Assembly (NCBI GenBank): GCA_963788625.1
Contig: CAWBHB010000001.1
Location: 1,332,512-1,396,511, forward strand
Length of the DNA stretch: 64,000 nt
Source: an uncultured Gemmatimonadales bacterium
GTDB taxonomy: Bacteria; Gemmatimonadota; Gemmatimonadetes; Gemmatimonadales; GWC2-71-9
Direction of reading: 5' to 3'
A program made the position numbers and the translations under genes. The notes beneath the pieces were generated by a model. The model made no database searches. It had not been told where the DNA came from and was given only the letters and a program-made list of their open reading frames with translations. The number at the start of each line of letters is the position of its first letter. Position 1 is the first letter of the stretch. This document shows positions 8,403 through 17,751 of this stretch, piece after piece.

Positions 8403-8993
8403 ATGTCCCGCACCGCCGAAGTCTCCCGCACCACCAAAGAAACCACCCTCCGGGCCCGGGTAGATCTGGACGGGGCAGGCCAGGCGCGGGTGAAAACCGG
8501 GCTGGGGTTCTTCGACCACATGCTCGAGGCATTCGCCCGGCATGGCCTGATCGATATCGAGCTGGAGGGCCAGGGAGACCTGCACGTGGATGGGCATCAC
8601 ACGGTGGAAGACACCGGCATCGTGCTGGGCCAGGCGATCGGAAAGGCGCTCGGAGACCGCGCCGGGATCCGCCGCTACGCTGATGCGCTGGTGCCGCTGG
8701 ACGAGGCGCTGGTCCGCGTGGTGATCGACGTCTCGGGGCGTCCATTCCTCGCCTATCACGTCGACATCCCCAAGTGGCAGATGCTGGGAGACTACGACGT
8801 CTTCCTGACCCCGGAGTTCTTCCGGGCCCTGGTGCAGCATGCCGGTCTCACCGCCCACATGGACCTGATCCGGGGCGACAACCCGCATCACATCGTGGAA
8901 GCGGCCTTCAAGGCCTTCGCTCGCGCCCTGGAATCGGCGATAGCCCGCGACCCGCGAGTGAAGGGTGTCCCGTCCACCAAAGGCGTGCTGTGA
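8403..8993 (+). CDS. hisB: Imidazoleglycerol-phosphate dehydratase
   Basis: 196 aa: SRTTKETTL...GLGFFDHMLEAFARHGLIDIELEGQGDLHVDGHHTVEDTGIVLG, the diagnostic IGPD motifs. Confidence 0.9.
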   Translation: MSRTAEVSRTTKETTLRARVDLDGAGQARVKTGLGFFDHMLEAFARHGLIDIELEGQGDLHVDGHHTVEDTGIVLGQAIGKALGDRAGIRRYADALVPLDEALVRVVIDVSGRPFLAYHVDIPKWQMLGDYDVFLTPEFFRALVQHAGLTAHMDLIRGDNPHHIVEAAFKAFARALESAIARDPRVKGVPSTKGVL

Positions 8994-9610
8994 TCGCTGT
9001 GGTGGACTACGGGGTAAACAACCTCAGCAGCGTCGTCCGGGCCCTGGCCGCTGCGGGCCACGAGGCCAGGCTCTCGGCGAATCCGGAGGAGATCCGTCGC
9101 GCCGACCGGCTGGTGGTGCCTGGCGTGGGGCACTTCGGACAAGGCTCCCGCAATCTGTCGGAGCGAGGACTACCGGACGCGATCCGTGCGGTCGTCTCAG
9201 CCGGCCGGCCGGTGCTCGGTATCTGTCTCGGACTGCAGCTCTTGTTTCCGGAAAGCGAGGAAGCCCCCGGAGTCGCAGGTCTCGCCGTGCTCCAGGGGAG
9301 GGTGATTCGCTTCCGCACCAGTCTCCCACTGCCTCACGTCGGATGGGCCGAGGTCCGGCCAACCGAGCAGGGCTCCACGCATCCGGTGCTGTCGTCGCTC
9401 TTTCCCGATGGAGCCACGTTCTACTATCACGTTCACAGCTTTCACCCGTCTGATCTCGCGGCCGACGCGGCACTGGCACTCGGCGACTACGGGGGAACCT
9501 TCCCGACCATCGTGGGACGCGACAACGTCCTCGGCGTGCAATTCCACCCGGAAAAGTCGCAGCAGGCGGGGGTTGCGTTGCTCGCAAGATTTGGCAGCTG
9601 GAACCCGTGA
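8990..9610 (+). CDS. hisH: Imidazole glycerol phosphate synthase, glutamine amidotransferase subunit
   Basis: Inside ORF 8774-9610. GTG 8990 overlaps the hisB stop (GTGA). VIAVVDYGVNNLSSV..., catalytic GICLGLQ, HPEKS. Confidence 0.85.
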   Translation: MIAVVDYGVNNLSSVVRALAAAGHEARLSANPEEIRRADRLVVPGVGHFGQGSRNLSERGLPDAIRAVVSAGRPVLGICLGLQLLFPESEEAPGVAGLAVLQGRVIRFRTSLPLPHVGWAEVRPTEQGSTHPVLSSLFPDGATFYYHVHSFHPSDLAADAALALGDYGGTFPTIVGRDNVLGVQFHPEKSQQAGVALLARFGSWNP

Positions 9611-10074
9611 CGACATTCCGCGTTACCTTCGTGGATGTCTACCCGCTTCGGCTGGAGGCCAAGATCCTGGAAGTGCTGGCGCTTCGCCGTGCACCGGCAG
9701 GGCGCTGCAGCGGTGCCTGGGAAGTGGTGCACGGCAGCATCGAAGAGGGAGAGACTCCGCTTCAAGCGGCACTGCGGGAATTGCGGGAAGAGACTGGTTT
9801 CGCACCAGTCCGGCTCTACAATCTGAGCCGAGTGGAAACGTTTTACCGCCACCGGGTGGATGAGGTTGCCTTCATTCCGGCCTTCGCCGCATTCGTGGAA
9901 AGGGCCCCTGTCCGATTGAGCCACGAACACGACGCCTTCGACTGGCTGCCCTTCGCCGCGGCACGCGAGCGCCTCGCCTGGCCCCGGGAGCGGCGGGCAC
10001 TCGAGGACATCGCAGTGCTGTTGGGTGGTGGGAGTGCGGGGCAGCTGGAGGACGTTCTGAGAATGGAGGAATGA
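9607..10074 (+). CDS. Nudix hydrolase
   Basis: 155 aa. GTG overlaps the hisH stop (GTGA). Complete Nudix box GSIEEGETPLQAALRELREETGF (G-x5-E-x7-R-E-U-x-E-E-x-G-U). Confidence 0.75.
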   Translation: MTTFRVTFVDVYPLRLEAKILEVLALRRAPAGRCSGAWEVVHGSIEEGETPLQAALRELREETGFAPVRLYNLSRVETFYRHRVDEVAFIPAFAAFVERAPVRLSHEHDAFDWLPFAAARERLAWPRERRALEDIAVLLGGGSAGQLEDVLRMEE

Positions 10075-10177
10075 GCGAATGGCGGAATGAACGAATGACA
10101 AAATCCGTGGATTGCGCTATTCATTCCGCCATTCCGCCATTCCGCCATTCTGCCATTCCTCCATTCTGCCATTCCCC
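10059..10177. repeat. Palindrome of tandem octamers (same GAATGGCG word family as 7027-7140)
   Basis: Left arm gagaatggaggaatgagcgaatggcggaatgaacgaatgac. Right arm attcattccgccattccgccattccgccattctgccattcctccattctgccattcc. Confidence 0.8.
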
Positions 10178-10180
10178 ACC

Positions 10181-10954
10181 ATGCTCGCCCGACGCATCAT
10201 CCCCTGTCTCGACGTGGCCGACGGACGAGTGGTCAAAGGGGTGCATTTCGAGGCGCTCCGGGATGCGGGGGATCCGGTCGAGCAGGCCGCGCGGTACGAC
10301 GCCGAGGGTGCGGATGAGTTGGTTTTTCTCGACATCTCCGCCAGCAATGAGGCCCGGGCGACTACCCTCGACATGGTGGCCCGGGTGGCCGAGAAGCTCC
10401 TCATACCGTTCACGGTGGGTGGGGGAATCCGGTCCTTGGAAGACGCTGGATCGGTGTTGCGAGCCGGAGCCGACAAGATTGCGGTGAATACCGCGGCGGT
10501 GCGCGATCCCCACCTGGTTCGTCGGCTGTCGGACAGCTTCGGCGCGCAGTGCATCGTGGCGGCGGTGGACGTGAAGCGGGCTCCGCCATCTGCAGTTTCC
10601 AACTCTTCGAGTTGGATGGTGTACGTCAACGGAGGACGCGAGCCAACTGCACTCGACGGCCTCGAATGGATGACCAGGCTCGAGCAGTCCGGGGCGGGGG
10701 AGATTCTTCTGACCTCGATGGACCGGGATGGCACCCGGACCGGTTATGATCTCGATCTGCTGCGGGAGACAACCAGCCGAGTGAGCATCCCGGTCATCGC
10801 CTCGGGCGGAGCCGGGAGCCTGGCGCACCTCGCCGAGGCGTTCGAGGCCGGTGCTCACGGGGTCCTCGCCGCCTCGATTTTCCACTACCAGGGTTCCTCC
10901 CTCCCCGAGGCACGAGCCTACCTGCGGGCGCGAGGCTATGTTGTGAGACCATGA
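10181..10954 (+). CDS. hisF: Imidazole glycerol phosphate synthase, cyclase subunit
   Basis: ORF 10112-10954. ATG 10181 gives the canonical [36 protein letters not shown]...FLDISAS...TVGGGIRS. The upstream 23 codons are repeat-derived. Confidence 0.9.
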   Translation: MLARRIIPCLDVADGRVVKGVHFEALRDAGDPVEQAARYDAEGADELVFLDISASNEARATTLDMVARVAEKLLIPFTVGGGIRSLEDAGSVLRAGADKIAVNTAAVRDPHLVRRLSDSFGAQCIVAAVDVKRAPPSAVSNSSSWMVYVNGGREPTALDGLEWMTRLEQSGAGEILLTSMDRDGTRTGYDLDLLRETTSRVSIPVIASGGAGSLAHLAEAFEAGAHGVLAASIFHYQGSSLPEARAYLRARGYVVRP

Positions 10955-12435
10955 TCATCCGTCTTGTCGTCGCGACCTTCCTGCTCCTGGCCCCAGCCCT
11001 GGGTACCGCAACGGGATTTACTGGAACTCCCGTTCACCCTTCACCGTTCACCGTTCACACCGGCCTTGTCGCCTGCACTCGACTCCAGAAACCCGGCACC
11101 CAGGTGAGCGGAGAGGTGAAGATCTGCCCGGGCCGCTATCGGATTGCCGATCCCGATGAACGGGGCATCATCGTCGCGTCGGCCCCCGGGACGCGGATCG
11201 ATCTGACCGGTGTCACACTCGAGAGTGGCGATTCGGTTCCCGCCGACTATCGGGGCGTTGGAATCACCAGCACCGGAGTGGACAGTGTCGCGGTGCGCGG
11301 CGGCCGGATCCGTGGCTATCGCTACGGGATTCGACTGGACGGGGGCAGTGGACACCGGATCAGCGGGGTCGATGTTTCCCAGACCAGAAGCCAGGCACTG
11401 CGGTCGACTCCCCAGCGATACGACGAGAAAGACTGGCTCGACATCTTCCACCCCGACACGTTCGAGACCTACGGGCACGGGGTCTATCTCAAGCGGACCA
11501 GCGGCGCCTCGGTGACGGGTGTGACCGCCCGCGGGGCTCAGAACGGGATCGGATTGTTCGAGAGTCGGGACGCGATCATTGCCGATAACGATGTCAGCAG
11601 CAATTCGGGCTGGGGGATTCACCTCTGGCACTCATCGCGCAATACCATCCTGCGCAACAAGGCCCACCACAACGTGCGCTGCGAGAGCCCTTCCTATCGC
11701 CACGGCTGTGACAGCGCGGGCCTGCTGCTCCGCGAGCGGAGCGACTCGAATCTCATCGCGGACAATGACCTGACCTGGTCGGGCGACGGGTTTTTTCTGA
11801 GCGGGCAGCGACCGGAAGTCTCGGGCTCGATCGGCAACCTGGTCATCCGGAACGATGCCTCATTCGCCTATCACAATGCGTTCGAGTCCACCTTCAGCGA
11901 ATGGAACACCTTCCTGGAGAACCGGGCCGACAGCGCCGACTACGGCTTCTGGCTGGGCTACTCCCGCGCCAACACGGTAGAGAAGAACTCCATCGTCGGC
12001 TCCCGTACCGCCGGGATCGCCATCGAGCACGGCGGCGAGAACGAACTCAATGGCAACATCATCATCGGCGGCAAGGTCGGGATCCGGCTCTTTACCTCGC
12101 GGGAGGGCGATGAGCCCAGCCGCGATTACCGGATCGCCGACAACACCATCGCCAGGGTAGGCCAGGGGATCCTGGTGGAGCGGAGCACCCGGATCCGGAT
12201 TCGGGGGAATCTGTTCGACGGGGTGGACGACGGGGTGGTGATCGATTCGGTCAGCGCCGATCTGCAGCTCACCGGAAATGTGTTCCTCTCCGCTCGACGC
12301 TGGTTCATCGATGCCCCAGTGCTGGACGCGGGAGGGAATTTCTGGGCCGTAGCGAGCGCCGATCAGGTCGCCCGGAAGCTGCACGGCCGGATTACGCTGC
12401 AGCCGTTCCGGCGGGCGGAGGAGGCAGGCTACTAG
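10951..12435 (+). CDS. Secreted right-handed parallel beta-helix repeat protein (NosD/pectate-lyase-fold-like)
   Basis: 494 aa. ATG overlaps the hisF stop (ATGA). Signal-like N-terminus. Repeated ~22-aa turns such as [44 protein letters not shown]. Confidence 0.6.
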   Translation: MIIRLVVATFLLLAPALGTATGFTGTPVHPSPFTVHTGLVACTRLQKPGTQVSGEVKICPGRYRIADPDERGIIVASAPGTRIDLTGVTLESGDSVPADYRGVGITSTGVDSVAVRGGRIRGYRYGIRLDGGSGHRISGVDVSQTRSQALRSTPQRYDEKDWLDIFHPDTFETYGHGVYLKRTSGASVTGVTARGAQNGIGLFESRDAIIADNDVSSNSGWGIHLWHSSRNTILRNKAHHNVRCESPSYRHGCDSAGLLLRERSDSNLIADNDLTWSGDGFFLSGQRPEVSGSIGNLVIRNDASFAYHNAFESTFSEWNTFLENRADSADYGFWLGYSRANTVEKNSIVGSRTAGIAIEHGGENELNGNIIIGGKVGIRLFTSREGDEPSRDYRIADNTIARVGQGILVERSTRIRIRGNLFDGVDDGVVIDSVSADLQLTGNVFLSARRWFIDAPVLDAGGNFWAVASADQVARKLHGRITLQPFRRAEEAGY

Positions 12436-14453
12436 CCGTTGAGCAGCGCATCCGCGGCGTCGCTCAGCTGACGCACCGTAATCGGGCGCTCCACCACTCT
12501 GAAACCCTCGCTCTGCAGTTGAGCCGCGTTGCCGTCGGGTGGTGCGGTGATCACCACCCGGCTTCTCCAGTCGGGCCGCGCGGCAAGCAGGTGCGCGAGG
12601 AATCCCTCTCCGTTCATTGTCGCACGGGAATCCGCCAGGACCAGGTCGTACTCCTCTTCCAATACCAGCGGCATCGCCTCGTCGCCGGTGAGCGCGCTGA
12701 CCACCCGGTGGCCGGCCATGCCGAACAGGGCCATCGCAGTTCGGTGGAGCCCCCGATCGGCATCCACCACCAGGATGGAGCGCCCCGCTTTCCCCTGAGG
12801 CAGGCCCTCGAGATCGGCCGGCTGAATCGCGGGTTGCTGCTCCGCCCCGACCGCGTAGGGGAGCGTAACCGTGAACTCGGCTCCTCCACCGGGACTCGGC
12901 GCGTAGGTCAACTTGCCGCCGTGTGATTCGACAATCCCATAGCTGATCGAGAGGCCGAGCCCAGTCCCCTCGCCCGGATCCTTGGTGGTGAAGAACGGGG
13001 TGAAGAGCTGTGAAACGAGTTGCTGAGGAACTCCAGGGCCGGTATCCCGCACTCGCAGCAGGACCTGGTTGCCCTCCCGCAGCGTCTCGACGGTGAGATT
13101 CCGCGGTGCATCGGGGTGCTGGCGGGACATGGCGTGGACCGCATTGGTCAGCAGATTCAAGAGCACCTGCTGCAGCTCGTACCGGTTGCCCTTCACGCTG
13201 GTCCCTTCGCTGCTCAATTTCTGCTCAAGGTCAATGGCGCGGAGGCGAAGGTCGTAGGCCACGAGCAGGGCGGTGCGTTCCACCACCGTGTTCAAGTCCA
13301 CCCCGGCCGACTCGGGCGTCTCCTTCCGGGCAAAGGTCAGCAGATTTTGCACGATGAGGCCGGCGCGAGCGGCCTGCTCATGCACCACCCGCAGGTGCTC
13401 CCGGTCGCTGGCCCGAAGGTCTTTTCGCTCCAGCAGGAACTCCGACAAGCCGGCGATCGAGGTGAGCGGGTTGTTGAGCTCATGGGCCACGCCGGACACC
13501 AGTTGTCCCACCGAGGCCAGCTTCTCGTTCTGAATGAGCTGGGCCTCGAGGGCCCGTTGCTCGGTAACGTCCTCGATCAGGATGATCGTCGCGGTGCCAT
13601 CGAGCGGCTCGGAGAGCGGGGCGGCGGTGAGTCGCAGCATGCGGTGAAGCACCTCGCTCCGCACCATGACCGGTGAGGGTCGTTCTCCCCGGCTCGCGGC
13701 GGCGAAGAGATCGCCCGGGCCTTCGCTGTCTCCCACCACGGTTGGCCAGAAGTGCCGGCCGATCAGCGTAGGTAGGGCGGAATCGAGCATCCGCGCGAAG
13801 GAACGATTGGCCCGGCTGATCCGGCCCTTTTCGTCCACCACGGCGATGCCCTCGGTCAGGGAATTGAATGCCGTCTCCCACTCTTCCTTGGCCTGACGCA
13901 CCATTTCGTACAACCGACTGTTGGCCATCACCACGGCGACGTGAGTGGCGACGGTGGACAGGAGCCAGAGGTCTTCGGGACTGAAGCTGCCGGTACGATG
14001 CCCGGCGACCGCGAGGGCTCCCATGGCGAATCCATGAGCGCGGAGCGGGGCCGCTGCGGCGATCTGGGCTCTTACGTCTCCAATCAGCAGAACACCCTCT
14101 CCCGAGACATCCTGCTCGACTTCGATTCGCTCGTTCTGCAGGGCCCGCATGACCAGGGTGGCATCATCGGGGGCAAGCCGTTGGCCGTTGAGCCCGGACA
14201 AGGAGCCTTCCGCACCAGCAACCATCAGGCTGCTGCCATCCTCGGCCGCCAGGATCACGACGGCGCCGTCGGCCTGGAGGAATCGCATCGTGTAGCGCAC
14301 CACCTGCTCGGCGACCCGCTCCAGCTGAAGCGACTCGGCCAGGACGTAGCTCAATTCCTGAAGGGAGAAGATCTCGTTGATGCGGCGGTCGAGCTGGAGG
14401 GCGAGTTGCCGCCGGTCCTGCTCCAGGGCGGTAGAACGCCGGCGGGACCGCAC
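12432..14453 (-). CDS. Hybrid sensor histidine kinase (GAF-PAS-HisKA-HATPase-REC)
   Basis: 673 aa. H-box VSGVAHELNNPLTSI, N/G boxes LLNLLTNAVHA and GTGLGLSISYGIVESHGG, C-terminal receiver-like SILVVDAD...DLVLADS. A TM-helix coding stretch lies just upstream of the GTG without a canonical start (see findings). Confidence 0.85.
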   Translation of the reverse strand: MRSRRRSTALEQDRRQLALQLDRRINEIFSLQELSYVLAESLQLERVAEQVVRYTMRFLQADGAVVILAAEDGSSLMVAGAEGSLSGLNGQRLAPDDATLVMRALQNERIEVEQDVSGEGVLLIGDVRAQIAAAAPLRAHGFAMGALAVAGHRTGSFSPEDLWLLSTVATHVAVVMANSRLYEMVRQAKEEWETAFNSLTEGIAVVDEKGRISRANRSFARMLDSALPTLIGRHFWPTVVGDSEGPGDLFAAASRGERPSPVMVRSEVLHRMLRLTAAPLSEPLDGTATIILIEDVTEQRALEAQLIQNEKLASVGQLVSGVAHELNNPLTSIAGLSEFLLERKDLRASDREHLRVVHEQAARAGLIVQNLLTFARKETPESAGVDLNTVVERTALLVAYDLRLRAIDLEQKLSSEGTSVKGNRYELQQVLLNLLTNAVHAMSRQHPDAPRNLTVETLREGNQVLLRVRDTGPGVPQQLVSQLFTPFFTTKDPGEGTGLGLSISYGIVESHGGKLTYAPSPGGGAEFTVTLPYAVGAEQQPAIQPADLEGLPQGKAGRSILVVDADRGLHRTAMALFGMAGHRVVSALTGDEAMPLVLEEEYDLVLADSRATMNGEGFLAHLLAARPDWRSRVVITAPPDGNAAQLQSEGFRVVERPITVRQLSDAADALLNG

Positions 14454-14512
14454 CAGGGCGACGCCGAGTCCCAGTGCGACGGCCAGCAGCAGAAGAGCGA
14501 GGATACTCGTGG

Positions 14513-15364
14513 TCAGCGAGACGACTCCCCGGGGTTACGGCCGCCAATCCGCTCGGTCACGTAGGCTTCCGGCGGAGCATTCGGCTTGACCCGAACCGAT
14601 TTGGCGGGGATCCCGACGTTCACGTGGTAGGACCGGACATCCTTGGTGGCGAGCGCCATGGCGCCTACCATCGCGTTGGCCCGCACCCGCACCCCGGCGA
14701 GCACCGTGGCGTGATAGGTGATGCGCACGTCATCCTCGATCACTGTGGGCGCGTTGGTCACCTCGCGCTGCTCCACGATGCTGTGGGTGTGGCTGTAGAT
14801 GTTGGCATAGTCGGAAATGCTCACCCGGTTACCGAGGGTGATGCCGCCGCGGTCATCCAGGAGGACGTGACGATGAACGACCACGTTGTCTCCCACTTCC
14901 AGGTTGTAGCCATAGGAGAACTCGACGTACTGGAAGCATTTGAAGTTCTCGCCGCAGCGGGCAAAGATCCTCGGCGCCAGCAGGCGGCGGAACCGGATGC
15001 CGAGGTGGACATGCTGGCCGCCGAGCGGGGAGCGATCGAAGGAGTACCAGAGCCAGAGCAGGGGCTTCACCCGGGCAAACCGGGGCGCATCAACCTCGCC
15101 GTAGTACTCGGGCTCGAGGGTGATGTTGCGCGGATCCAGACCCAGGAGAGCGATGCGGGTTGCCGCCGGAAGCCTGGTATCGGCAAGCATGCCGTCGTAG
15201 TCGGCATGGCCGGGATACCAGATGTCGAACAGCACGTTGCGCGCGAGACGGGACCAGTCGGCGCCTGGAGCAGCCAGCTCCGCGTCGAGGGCGGCGAGCC
15301 AGTCGTCATAGAGGCGGGCGACGGGTGCCGCTATCTCGACGGCACGCAGGGGCAGATAGGCCAT
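14513..15364 (-). CDS. Hexapeptide-repeat acyl/acetyltransferase (left-handed beta-helix)
   Basis: 283 aa. The C-terminal half shows hexapeptide periodicity: GDNVVVHRHVLLDDRGGITLGNRVSISDYANIY...IEDDVRITYHATVLAGVRVRANAMVGAMALATKDV. Confidence 0.7.
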   Translation of the reverse strand: MAYLPLRAVEIAAPVARLYDDWLAALDAELAAPGADWSRLARNVLFDIWYPGHADYDGMLADTRLPAATRIALLGLDPRNITLEPEYYGEVDAPRFARVKPLLWLWYSFDRSPLGGQHVHLGIRFRRLLAPRIFARCGENFKCFQYVEFSYGYNLEVGDNVVVHRHVLLDDRGGITLGNRVSISDYANIYSHTHSIVEQREVTNAPTVIEDDVRITYHATVLAGVRVRANAMVGAMALATKDVRSYHVNVGIPAKSVRVKPNAPPEAYVTERIGGRNPGESSR

Positions 15365-15445
15365 AGATCCCTCCAGGATTTGAGAGAGTCTAGCGGTTCG
15401 GCTTCTCGGAGGAAACGTGGAACCGCTCTGCCCTGGGAAACCTGG

Positions 15446-15505
15446 TTGACGAAGTGCAGAAAGGGGACTAAGCTAGTCAGAGATATCATCTGATAATCAT
15501 TCTCA
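15446..15505 (+). promoter_or_regulatory. Candidate sigma70-type promoter with overlapping Fur-box-like operator
   Basis: TTGACG (15446-15451), 17 nt, TAAGCT (15469-15474). Then tGATAATCATTcTC (15491-15504), matching the right two-thirds of the Fur consensus GATAATGATAATCATTATC. This is the only AT-rich patch in the window. Confidence 0.35.
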
Positions 15506-15528
15506 ACTACTATTTCCCGTTGTCACCC

Positions 15529-16656
15529 ATGAACTTGATCGTCCGGACCGGGGCGGTGGGACTATGTCTGCTCCCGCTCGCCCGGGCCTCCGCCCAGGAC
15601 ACCAGCCCCAAACTCACCATCGGCGGCTACGGCGAGGTCCACTACAACAACCCGACCGGTCAGGACTCTCCCGGGATCGTCAACGTCAAACGGTTCGTGA
15701 TCTACGCTGGCTACGCTTTCAATGACCGCATCACGCTGCACTCCGAATTGGAGCTGGAAGACACGAGGATCGAGGGTGGAGAATCGGGTGGCGAGGTTGC
15801 GCTGGAGCAGGCGTATCTGGATTACCGCTTCTCCGATGCGTTCACGCTGCGGACTGGTCTCCTGCTGCCGCCGATCGGCATCATCAACGAGACCCATGAG
15901 CCGCCCACCTTCAACGGGGTAGAGCGGCCCGACTTCGATCACGACGTCATCCCCACCACGTGGCGGGACATCGGCGTCGGCGCGGTCGGCCAGATTCCCG
16001 GAGTCTCGGGGTTGAGCTACCGGGTCTTCCTGGTGAACGGGCTCAAGGCCGAAGGGTTCACCGCCGAGGAAGGGATTCGCGAGGGGCGCCAGGAGGGCAG
16101 GGAGGCGAGCTTCGCCAATCCCTCCTTCACCGGGCGACTGGAGTACGCTCAGGCCGGCCTCAAGGTCGGCGGCTCCTTCTGGTATGGCGGATCGGCCAAC
16201 CAGGTTCCCGGGCTCGGCACCGGGTCCTTCGACGCGCCGGTTCTGCTGGTCTCGGGCGATGCCCGCTATGATCACGGCCCCTTCATGCTGCGCGGGGTCG
16301 TGGCGACGGTCGAGGTCTACGACGCCGACAAGATCAACGCGGTCTACGGACTCGGCGTCGGCCGTCGGATCGCCGGTGGTTATGTGGAGGGCGGTTACAA
16401 CGTCCTGTCCCTTCTCGCGCCGGCGACGAGCCAACGGCTCAATGCCTTCGTCCGCTACGAGAACTACGACACCCAGGCCAAGGCGGCTCCAGGGACGCCC
16501 GACGACGACACGCTCGCTCGCCGGATCACCACCTTCGGCCTGACCTACAAGCCGCTTTGGAATGTCGCCTTCAAGGCGGACTACCAATTGCGCCGGAACA
16601 AGGCGGGCGTGGGACAGAACGAGGTGTTGGGGTTGGGGGTGGGGTACCAATTCTGA
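15529..16656 (+). CDS. Outer-membrane beta-barrel porin (OprO/P-like)
   Basis: ORF 15520-16656. ATG 15529 gives the signal MNLIVRTGAVGLCLLPLARASAQD. Alternating amphipathic strands and a terminal ...GLGVGYQF aromatic residue. Confidence 0.55.
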   Translation: MNLIVRTGAVGLCLLPLARASAQDTSPKLTIGGYGEVHYNNPTGQDSPGIVNVKRFVIYAGYAFNDRITLHSELELEDTRIEGGESGGEVALEQAYLDYRFSDAFTLRTGLLLPPIGIINETHEPPTFNGVERPDFDHDVIPTTWRDIGVGAVGQIPGVSGLSYRVFLVNGLKAEGFTAEEGIREGRQEGREASFANPSFTGRLEYAQAGLKVGGSFWYGGSANQVPGLGTGSFDAPVLLVSGDARYDHGPFMLRGVVATVEVYDADKINAVYGLGVGRRIAGGYVEGGYNVLSLLAPATSQRLNAFVRYENYDTQAKAAPGTPDDDTLARRITTFGLTYKPLWNVAFKADYQLRRNKAGVGQNEVLGLGVGYQF

Positions 16657-16659
16657 AAA

Positions 16660-16812
16660 GCGTGAAAAGAGAAAAGCGTGAGAGGTGAGAAGTGAGAGGT
16701 GAGACGTGGGACGTGAAGACGTGGGAGGTGAGGACGTGAGAGGTATTCGACGGGAATGGCTCTTGTGGCCACTTATGTCGTTCCTTCTCACGTCTCACGT
16801 CTCACGTCTTAC
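16660..16812. repeat. Palindrome of tandem heptamers (GTGAGAG/GTGAGAC words)
   Basis: Left arm gcgtgagaggtgagaagtgagaggtgagacgtgggacgtgaagacgtgggaggtgaggacgtgagag. Right arm ctcacgtctcacgtctcacgtc. The right arm encodes part of the next gene's N-terminus. Confidence 0.8.
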
Positions 16813-17248
16813 GGCCCAGGACGCCCCTCTGAAAAAGGTCCAGGCGAGTCTCGCTCGGGTGTTCGGAGATGGGGCCGTCGCCGACACGGTGCAGGTGGAT
16901 GCAGCTCCGGTGCTGCGGGTCGAGCGGGCCGATTCGGTGCTGGGATACGCGGTGGTGCGCAACGTGAAAGGGAAGGATCAGCCGATCACGTTTCTGGTCG
17001 CGGTGGATCAGGGCGATCACCTGAAGGACGTAGACATCCTGGTTTACCGCGAGCCCTATGGCGGCGAGGTGGCGTACGATTCGTGGCGCAAGCAATTCCG
17101 CGGGATGACGGCCCAGGATCCCATGGAAGTCGGCAAGGATATTCGGTCGATCTCAGGAGCCACGATCAGCGTCAATTCGGTGACCCTCGCCGTGCGCAAG
17201 GCGGTTGCCGACCTCACCGAGTGGCACGCAGCAGGGAAGCTCAAATGA
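16775..17248 (+). CDS. Exported FMN-binding domain protein (ApbE flavinylation substrate type)
   Basis: ORF 16706-17248, ATG 16775. The C-terminal DIRSISGATISVNSVTLAVRKA matches the FMN_bind flavinylation motif ([S/T]-G-A-T-[S/I]). Confidence 0.7.
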   Translation: MSFLLTSHVSRLTAQDAPLKKVQASLARVFGDGAVADTVQVDAAPVLRVERADSVLGYAVVRNVKGKDQPITFLVAVDQGDHLKDVDILVYREPYGGEVAYDSWRKQFRGMTAQDPMEVGKDIRSISGATISVNSVTLAVRKAVADLTEWHAAGKLK

Positions 17249-17751
17249 CCTCTAGAACCGGCGAACTGCTCTGGCACGACGTCCCCGCGCCCTTCCGCAG
17301 CCTGGCGCGTTGGGTCACCATCGTTCAGGTGGTTGGTTATACCACCGCACTCCTCTTCGTCCTTCACACGACCCGGATGGCGCCTTCGGGCATCAGCGAC
17401 CGGTACCGCGGCACCGACAGCACCGCGGCCGAAGGCGCGATGCAGTTTCCCAAGTCATATGCCGAGATGCTCACCCTGACCCATACTCACATTCTGAGCA
17501 TGGCGGTGATCTTTGCGCTCTCAGGATTGGGAGTGTCGCTCTGCTCCCGGCTCTCCGCCCGGTTGAAGCGCTTCCTGATGGTCGAGCCGTTCGTGGCGCT
17601 GCTCGTGTCGTTCAGCTCGCTCTGGCTGGTGCGCTACGTCGATCCGCGGTTCAGCTGGCTACTGGAGCTTTCCAGCACGATCATGGCGATCACGTTCTAC
17701 CTGCAGAGCTGGTTGATTCTCACCGAACTCCACCTGGTCGATCAGAAGTGA
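17245..17751 (+). CDS. Integral membrane protein, ~4 TM helices, His-rich (THTH)
   Basis: Last 168 codons of ORF 16756-17751. ATG 17245 overlaps the upstream stop (ATGA). Hydrophobic segments WVTIVQVVGYTTALLFVL, ILSMAVIFALSGLGVSL, FLMVEPFVALLVSFSSLWLV, LELSSTIMAITFYLQSWLIL. Confidence 0.55.
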   Translation: MTSRTGELLWHDVPAPFRSLARWVTIVQVVGYTTALLFVLHTTRMAPSGISDRYRGTDSTAAEGAMQFPKSYAEMLTLTHTHILSMAVIFALSGLGVSLCSRLSARLKRFLMVEPFVALLVSFSSLWLVRYVDPRFSWLLELSSTIMAITFYLQSWLILTELHLVDQK

